Below, one piece after another: positions 55,535-64,000 of a stretch of DNA of 64,000 nt. The stretch comes from a virus: the IMG/VR virus record IMGVR_UViG_3300032287_003808, positions 67,435-131,434 of that record; one strand, given 5' to 3'. A program made the position numbers and the translations under genes. The notes under the pieces are model-generated. The model saw nothing but the letters and a program-made list of their open reading frames with translations. It ran no database searches and had not been told where the DNA came from. Each line of letters opens with the position of its first letter. The stretch's first letter is position 1.

Positions 55535-56464
55535 TTATTTTATAATTCCTGCTAATCTAAGCATTTTCTTTCTTTCGAATTCTATTTCATTTAACTCTTC
55601 TTCACTTTGGCCTTTATTCTTATCTTTAGGTTTAGGTCTATTTTTAAGATAATTAACAATATTTGCTTTTTGAGTTAAAGTTATACCTGTTATAGATAAT
55701 GAAAAACCATCTTCACCTTCTTTAATTTTATATCCAGCAGATGGTATTACAAATTTATCTTGAAGTTCTCTTCTTAGTATTGCTGCTGCGGCTTTAGACT
55801 CAACAGGTACTTGCAATTGGGTGGTTTTAGAAATACTTGATACTTCGCCTGTATCTTTTTCTAATTGCGGTTTAGCATCTGTTATACCTGCATTATCCAT
55901 TACAGTTTTAATGATGTTCATTACAGCATTACCCCCAGCCATATTTTCATTTTTATCTTTAGGGAAGATTAAAGCACCATTATCTTCATACCAATATAAA
56001 ATATCAGCATTACCTGCCATAGATGCTATCAAAGCATCAAGTTTATCTTTAGTATAAGGAGAAATAAAATATACTCGTGGGTCTCTAATTTCTTCTGGCA
56101 ATTTATTGAATGATGAGTTTTCTAGTCCGGTAATGTCTACTTCTGGGTGTCTAGATTTAATATCTTCAAGTTTGAATTTTCTCCAAGCTGCATCTGCTGC
56201 GTCCCAAATTTCTCTTGTAACTTTATTTTTAGCTTTAGGGCCCATACCGCTAGGGCCAAAATACGCATCTTTTATTTTTCTAACATCAGAACTAGTATTT
56301 TGTTTATTAGAGGCATATTTACCATAGTTGCGTATATCATTTAGGGCAGCTTCTACATCTGCTATTGGTGTTGTTTTAGGTCTTAAAACAATCTCTCTAG
56401 CTTCTTTATAATCAGAAGAACCACTTTGGTCATCAATTTCGTATAGTATATCTGTTAACTTCAT
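55535..56464 (-). CDS. protein with MKLTDILYE N-terminus and RLAGIIK C-terminus
   Basis: Tag motifs; TATGTATA upstream. Confidence 0.75.
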   Translation of the reverse strand: MKLTDILYEIDDQSGSSDYKEAREIVLRPKTTPIADVEAALNDIRNYGKYASNKQNTSSDVRKIKDAYFGPSGMGPKAKNKVTREIWDAADAAWRKFKLEDIKSRHPEVDITGLENSSFNKLPEEIRDPRVYFISPYTKDKLDALIASMAGNADILYWYEDNGALIFPKDKNENMAGGNAVMNIIKTVMDNAGITDAKPQLEKDTGEVSSISKTTQLQVPVESKAAAAILRRELQDKFVIPSAGYKIKEGEDGFSLSITGITLTQKANIVNYLKNRPKPKDKNKGQSEEELNEIEFERKKMLRLAGIIK

Positions 56465-56475
56465 GTTTATACATA

Positions 56476-56739
56476 TTAATAATCCCCATAGATATTAAAA
56501 CGTTTAGGAGGCTCAGGGCGCACTTCTTCAACTTCTTTTTTAATAGCAAACAATTTAGAATTTAAAGGTTCAAGTCTAAAATGACATGGTTCCCCAGCTA
56601 CTTGAAAATATGCTTCTAAAGTATCTGTTAAAGACTCATATACTGTTTTATCTTTAAACTCAGAAACAAGTCTCCACCTGTCACCAGGTGGAACTCGTTC
56701 TGCGATTAGATGGTTATATTCTATCTCTTGTGTTTCCAT
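56476..56739 (-). CDS. hypothetical protein
   Basis: IAERVPPGDRW. Confidence 0.75.
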   Translation of the reverse strand: METQEIEYNHLIAERVPPGDRWRLVSEFKDKTVYESLTDTLEAYFQVAGEPCHFRLEPLNSKLFAIKKEVEEVRPEPPKRFNIYGDY

Positions 56740-56740
56740 A

Positions 56741-58681
<1,941 letters not shown>

Positions 58682-58685
<4 letters not shown>

Positions 58686-59038
58686 ATTTTGACTTTATTT
58701 AACATTGATTCAATTCCTTCTTTGACTGTATTCCAAGTGTTGATGTACTCCTTAATGGAATGGTATTCATTTTGATTTTGATAAAACTTTTCTTTTGCAA
58801 TACGATTTAAAGCATTTTTAAAACTTGTGTAATACCCAAGAGTAATTTCCCTTTCTTTACCAGATGCTTCAGCTCCTCTAAATCCTTTTTCAGCGATTTT
58901 CATTTCCATCACTGTAAAGTTAGATGAATCTTTTACAATGTAAAAAGGTTCCATCAAAGGATCTTTAATTGTACAATAATTGGATTGTGTGTCATTTTCG
59001 TCCTTAGCAGGACGACCTTTGCTTTTTGTTTCTGCCAT
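58682..59038 (-). CDS. hypothetical protein
   Basis: N-terminal KGRP; own promoter. Confidence 0.75.
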
Positions 59039-59106
59039 AACTTACTTTAAATTTATAACTATAATATACGAAAACTATTTTGAATTCCCAAATTCCTTAA
59101 TACATA

Positions 59107-59841
59107 TTAGAAAGCACTTTCTTCTTTACGAACAACATAATAAGTACTAACAGTGTCTTCAGATTTAAACTCAAGTTTCATTAAACCTTGGTAACTCAAA
59201 AATATAAAACCTTCTCCTAAATCTTTATTTTCTTTAAGAATGTTCCTAAACATATCTGAGTTAAACGGTATATTTACTTTTTGTTGTTTGATTTTGCCAT
59301 ACATCTGATATGTGATTTTGTTGTTATGGCCTTGTTCATCTCCAAATGTAAATACACACATATCGTCTCCATTTAAGTCTTTATCAGTAGAAACTGTTAA
59401 TAAACCAACTCCTGCTAAAGCAGATTTTGCTTTAACTAAATTATCAACGTGTTCTTTTTCTAAATGTAAACATACATCCCATTCAGGTTCTGTTACTGTG
59501 GCTACTTTAGATATAAGTAGTGGGTCTGCGAGTGCGTAGGTTAAATTAAATGAAGCATCAGCAAAATGCAGTTTTGTATAAACACTTTTACCTTTTTCTA
59601 AAGTAAAGATCAAATCACCTTGTGTAATACTTAACAGGTTCAAAAATTTCTTTGTATCAAAAATAGCTAACTCACTATCTTCCATATCAAAGTTTGTGTG
59701 TGTGATGTTTCCAATCACTTCTTTTGAAACCGACATAAAGTCAATTGTAAGTGTTTTGTCTTTGATTTTCCACTTGACGGATTCGTTTTCGCCCAAGTAG
59801 TATTTGTTTATAACCGATTGTAGAACTAATTTATTTACCAT
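59107..59841 (-). CDS. sliding clamp (gp45/PCNA-like)
   Basis: Size, LAIFDTKKFL, YALAD, context near PolB and clamp loader. Confidence 0.75.
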   Translation of the reverse strand: MVNKLVLQSVINKYYLGENESVKWKIKDKTLTIDFMSVSKEVIGNITHTNFDMEDSELAIFDTKKFLNLLSITQGDLIFTLEKGKSVYTKLHFADASFNLTYALADPLLISKVATVTEPEWDVCLHLEKEHVDNLVKAKSALAGVGLLTVSTDKDLNGDDMCVFTFGDEQGHNNKITYQMYGKIKQQKVNIPFNSDMFRNILKENKDLGEGFIFLSYQGLMKLEFKSEDTVSTYYVVRKEESAF

Positions 59842-59851
59842 GTTTTAAATA

Positions 59852-59885
59852 TAAAAAAAAGCTTGTCGGTAGACAAGCTTTTCTT
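59852..59885 (-). terminator. intrinsic terminator
   Basis: AAAAGCTTGTC-TACC-GACAAGCTTTT followed by T-run. Confidence 0.8.
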
Positions 59886-59904
59886 TTAAAGTTTATATTT
59901 TTAA

Positions 59905-60570
59905 TTAAAGTTGAGAATCAATATAATTTTCAACTTCTTGACTTAAATCAAGAGCATTTGGAAATGGGTCCATAAATTTTGTTAATATATTATCTGCTAA
60001 ATCAGTATCAAAAAAACCAGCATTAAGTAAATTTTCAATTTCACCATCATTTTTAGCATCTTGAATAACTTCATCTATATATTTTTTGACTCTCGGAGTT
60101 AAAGGAATTTTATCAGATGAAGAATTTTTTTCCTTATATGCTGTAATAATGTCTCTAATTTTATCAACTAACATAATTGTTCTCCTTCCAAAATATCCTT
60201 CTTCTTCATTATCTTTTTCTCGGTCTATATCTTGAAATTCACTAAAATCATTTGCTTCTATTCCAGGTTTACCTTTTAATTCATTGTCAAAAATAGGATC
60301 ATAGAAATAATCTACTAAATCACCATCCCATTCATCATCAAAAGCTTCCCAATTAAATGATTTAGGAAGTCTTTCTTCATCCATGAACCAATCAGATTCT
60401 TCATCAGCTATTGGAAAATACTTTTCATTAGGGATACTATTCATAAATTTTTGGAAAGCTTCAGGAGATGAAAGATCTTCAGCTTCATTTAATTTTGCTT
60501 TATATTTGCTTTCAGTAATGATACCAGCCAACATTTGCATTCTAAGGATTTCTTTGTTTACTTTTTTCAT
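59905..60570 (-). CDS. acidic protein with N-terminal RMQMLAGIITE tag
   Basis: EILRMQMLAGIITESKYKAKLNE. Confidence 0.75.
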   Translation of the reverse strand: MKKVNKEILRMQMLAGIITESKYKAKLNEAEDLSSPEAFQKFMNSIPNEKYFPIADEESDWFMDEERLPKSFNWEAFDDEWDGDLVDYFYDPIFDNELKGKPGIEANDFSEFQDIDREKDNEEEGYFGRRTIMLVDKIRDIITAYKEKNSSSDKIPLTPRVKKYIDEVIQDAKNDGEIENLLNAGFFDTDLADNILTKFMDPFPNALDLSQEVENYIDSQL

Positions 60571-60621
60571 TTTTTTTTATATTAATAAATATATGAAGAA
60601 ATAGTAAGGTTGCAAAATTTC

Positions 60622-63351
60622 CTAGCCAAAGCTAAAAAACTTTGATATATGTTCATTTAAAGTTAATTCCCAACCTATGTCATTATATAATGTCTCTAAT
60701 TTGTTTCGCATAATACTATCAAATAACCCCTCTCTATCAATATATTTTTCTACAATTTCAATAATTTCAGGTGAATCATTATATCCGTTTAATCCAACAA
60801 CTGTAAGTTGATATGGGTTTGGTTTTAAAATTGCTACATACATTTTATCTCCAATTGTAAACTCTGTATATTTTTTAGTTAAACCTTTAAAACGTAATAT
60901 ATCGTTTGTTGCAATTGCTGCTTTTGTGTTTACAGGACATTTTAATTTGAGTTTCGAGAATATTTCTCCAGCCATTGGTTTACGCTCAATATATTCGCCT
61001 ATTTTCTTTAAACCAGTTGGTTTGAGTAATTTGATCCAATCTATTGTATTTACCATTTTCTTGAACTCCATTACGTCTTTGTCTATTTCAGTTTTAGATT
61101 TTCCAAATAGGATATTTTTGATCAAATCTTCTCCAAAGTTTCTAAACAAATCGGGGAAATTTGATTTCATGATATCCAAACCTTTCATCTCTAGCTCTTC
61201 AATTTCAACACCTTCTTTGTTTACAATATACATTGCGTAACGACGTTTACCAGACCAATATGCTTTCTCAGCGATCACTTCTTGCTTTAATTCAAAATAA
61301 TGTTTTCCATTCATATTGAATAAATCTTTAGTAATACTGTTTAAGTTATTATTTGCTACAGTTTGTAATTCACTTGTTAAACTTAATAACCGTTTAATTT
61401 TTTCTTTACGGTCATTATAATCTAAATCGGGATTACGATGTTTAAGTAGATCTGTTAATTCCATATATAAGGAATCTGTGTCTGAGGCGATTACAAATTG
61501 TCTTGGATCTATATCTAATTGATCTGAGATGTATTGGTTTACGTATGTAATAGATTCTTTGGTTAATCGTTGCCCACTGTTTGTAATAGCGGATGAACAA
61601 ATTTTAAATCCATCTGTAAAACGCCATGAGTTGATAGCGTATGTACCATATAATGCGTTTTGTAAGATCTTAAATGCCATTTGGTACAAATCATACAACT
61701 TATAATTTGCCCAATCTTCTTGTTTACCTGCTGTTTTCTTTAATGCTCGATAATGTTCTCGTTTATCAAACCAATCCTCTAATACCTCACAAGCAATACT
61801 TTTAGTGTCGGTTCTAAAAAATGCTCCACTAGCAGAAATTGACCATTCATTTTTTTCAATAAGTTTAATAAGTTGACCAACAGGTATTTCTGCATCTTTC
61901 AACTTATATGTTTTACGATTTAATTTTTGTATATGGATATTTTGTTCTGGGTCAAGTTTCTTAAGTTGTTCTAATGAGTTATATTGTTCGTAATTATTCT
62001 TTGTAACAATTCTACCCATTAGTGTTTCAATACCTAAATTAAGTGATTTAATAATTGAAGGATATAGTGAGGTAAAATCCAAGTCACTTACATCTGAGTA
62101 TAATCCGGGTATAGGATCTAGTAGGTATCCTCCAGCGTAACTATCTTTTTTCTTTATCGTTTTAGGATTACGTTGAATATATTTTCCAGCTGCTGTTTTA
62201 ACTATGACTTGATTATCTTCAAAACTATAAATGATACCTTCAATTGTTGGTGTACCTCGTTGATGTTGAACTGGGTCGCCTAATTCTAGTTCTCTAATTG
62301 AGGGGTTTGTTGTAGTTGGTTTATTTGGTGCTATAATACCTTTACGTTTTAGGTAAGTTAAAATAGCGCCTTCATTTAATGCTGTATTGTAGTAAATAGA
62401 TTCATATGGGGTATGGCATAAGTGGGAAATTAAGACTGTTAATTCAATAAACTTTAGTTTTTCCTCTAATGCCTCTATAATCTCAACATCTCGAATGTTA
62501 TAATCTATAAATTTGATTGGGTCTTCTCTAAATAAAGTATCTAGATTACCGTTGTATTCAATTTTACCTAACTTAGCATATTTAGTTCCAATATCACCTA
62601 GTTTATATGATGATTCCTCCTTCATGATGTACTTGCGAAGTAAATGCATAAAGTCGAGACAATTAACTAACCCGATACGAATCGGCGAATTTGGTTGAGA
62701 TGGTATTTCCTCAACTTTACCCACAGGAGACAAACGATTTACCTCGTCTCCTAAACGTTTTTTAATTCTGTAGTATAAGTATGGGATATCAAAGAAATCA
62801 CTGTTATATCCTACAACAATTGTAGGATCCATTTGTTCCCATTTGTTTAAGAATTTACGTAACAAAGTATTTTCATCAGGACAAGGTACAACTACTTTAC
62901 CATCTTGATTTATTTCCTCAATTTTACCTGCTTTATCTAAGATAAAACATATTTTTTCTTTAGTTGTAGTGTCAATTAAAGCAATGGCGGTTATTTCTGC
63001 GTTTGCCTCTTTAATAGTTTGTGGTGTAAGTGCTCCTAAAATCTCAATCTCAATATCTAAATAAATTGTATTATGATAAGAGGGCATTTCATCTGTTTGG
63101 TAATATAAATCCCTTAGAATTACTAATTCACGGTCAATATCTTTTTCGTATATTGTAGGATCTTTTTTATCTACTTTACCAGAAACAGGAGAACATCTTT
63201 CACCAAAGAGTGTCGTATGTTCTCCTTCGTTGTCTAGTTTATATAGAGTAGGCCAATATTGGAATTTATGTATTCCTTTTTTATCGTCCCTAAGATAGTA
63301 ATGCCATTGATCTTCTCCAGGTAATCTATTATAAAAAACTGATTGATACAT
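60622..63351 (-). CDS. polB: family B DNA polymerase
   Basis: DIE, YNSDFFD, YNIRD exonuclease motifs; DFTSLYPS, KILQNALYG, DTDS. Confidence 0.97.
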   Translation of the reverse strand: MYQSVFYNRLPGEDQWHYYLRDDKKGIHKFQYWPTLYKLDNEGEHTTLFGERCSPVSGKVDKKDPTIYEKDIDRELVILRDLYYQTDEMPSYHNTIYLDIEIEILGALTPQTIKEANAEITAIALIDTTTKEKICFILDKAGKIEEINQDGKVVVPCPDENTLLRKFLNKWEQMDPTIVVGYNSDFFDIPYLYYRIKKRLGDEVNRLSPVGKVEEIPSQPNSPIRIGLVNCLDFMHLLRKYIMKEESSYKLGDIGTKYAKLGKIEYNGNLDTLFREDPIKFIDYNIRDVEIIEALEEKLKFIELTVLISHLCHTPYESIYYNTALNEGAILTYLKRKGIIAPNKPTTTNPSIRELELGDPVQHQRGTPTIEGIIYSFEDNQVIVKTAAGKYIQRNPKTIKKKDSYAGGYLLDPIPGLYSDVSDLDFTSLYPSIIKSLNLGIETLMGRIVTKNNYEQYNSLEQLKKLDPEQNIHIQKLNRKTYKLKDAEIPVGQLIKLIEKNEWSISASGAFFRTDTKSIACEVLEDWFDKREHYRALKKTAGKQEDWANYKLYDLYQMAFKILQNALYGTYAINSWRFTDGFKICSSAITNSGQRLTKESITYVNQYISDQLDIDPRQFVIASDTDSLYMELTDLLKHRNPDLDYNDRKEKIKRLLSLTSELQTVANNNLNSITKDLFNMNGKHYFELKQEVIAEKAYWSGKRRYAMYIVNKEGVEIEELEMKGLDIMKSNFPDLFRNFGEDLIKNILFGKSKTEIDKDVMEFKKMVNTIDWIKLLKPTGLKKIGEYIERKPMAGEIFSKLKLKCPVNTKAAIATNDILRFKGLTKKYTEFTIGDKMYVAILKPNPYQLTVVGLNGYNDSPEIIEIVEKYIDREGLFDSIMRNKLETLYNDIGWELTLNEHISKFFSFG

Positions 63352-63368
63352 AACTTTTATTTAATTTA

Positions 63369-63983
63369 TTAGAAAAATTTACTTAAGTCAGGTCTGAAGT
63401 AATTAATATTTTTCATCACTTTTTTATCACGTGTTCTATAGACGATATAATATGACCCAATCTTCTCATAGTGACATGGTTCGCCTTGTTCTTTGGAGCG
63501 TACTTCAACTGTAGTTTGTGCGTCCTCTTCACTTGTACAAGCTTTGCTAAGATTCGAGGCTTGAACTTCTTGATACGCCGGCCATACTTTATCCTTAAGA
63601 CCATGTAACATAGCACCGTTCCCAAGGGAAACATACGTGATGTCACATAAAGCATCAAGAACTTCAACAATATTTCCTGTTTCACACGCATGTTTATATT
63701 CCTCCAATTCTTCTAAAATGAAATTATAAACGAACATCCACTCCTTCTCATCAGGGATGGCCGGGTTATAATTATTAGGTTTTCCCATTACAGCATTAAA
63801 CTCTTCAACCTCTGATACGAATGGTACGTAATTTTGTTTTAGGTCACTAATTTCTTTATTTAGTTTATTCCATTTCTTAATCACATCATCTCCAAATTCA
63901 ATTTTAGACATCATAGAGAGATCTATTGCTTGGAATTTTAATAATTCAATTAATTCTTCTTGTTTTTGTTCTAATTGTGTCAT
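63369..63983 (-). CDS. NTP pyrophosphohydrolase (MazG/PRA-PH-like)
   Basis: EELEEY..EVLDALCDITYV..EVQASNLSK. Confidence 0.85.
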   Translation of the reverse strand: MTQLEQKQEELIELLKFQAIDLSMMSKIEFGDDVIKKWNKLNKEISDLKQNYVPFVSEVEEFNAVMGKPNNYNPAIPDEKEWMFVYNFILEELEEYKHACETGNIVEVLDALCDITYVSLGNGAMLHGLKDKVWPAYQEVQASNLSKACTSEEDAQTTVEVRSKEQGEPCHYEKIGSYYIVYRTRDKKVMKNINYFRPDLSKFF

Positions 63984-64000
63984 ATAACTTATTTTAAATA

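Overview
A 64-kb segment of a large, AT-rich, T4-like/jumbo tailed phage. The host is most likely in Bacteroidota (Flavobacterium-like), judged from TAnnTTT-type promoters, A-rich starts without Shine-Dalgarno sequences, and a PLPVEL/T9SS-style protein. Essentially all genes are on the minus strand in standard code 11. In transcription order (right to left) the window holds: a replication/chaperone module (NTP pyrophosphohydrolase, PolB, sliding clamp, GroES/GroEL, clamp loader, PD-(D/E)XK nuclease); an ~11-kb sugar-modification cluster; thyA with an HNH endonuclease; a dense structured-RNA island (tRNA-Leu, tRNA-Ile2/Met, several tRNA-like and unknown ncRNAs); about 70 small early-type genes, most with their own copy of one promoter motif (also DNA ligase, RadA-like ATPase, ECF sigma); and then an HD protein, a gp55-like late sigma and the first structural gene. 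Four observations stand out. (1) An acidic early gene whose 5' UTR and ORF contain no cytosine (241 nt), next to a nearly C-free neighbour and a C-poor, Ala-free paralog of an AT-hook repeat gene. (2) tRNA-like RNAs with aberrant anticodon arms, one with a 3' trailer perfectly antisense to the start codons of a block of early genes. (3) Several unannotated structured RNAs. (4) A shared RMxxLAGI(I) peptide tag on five otherwise unrelated, mostly acidic proteins. All calls come from manual reading; no database searches were run.
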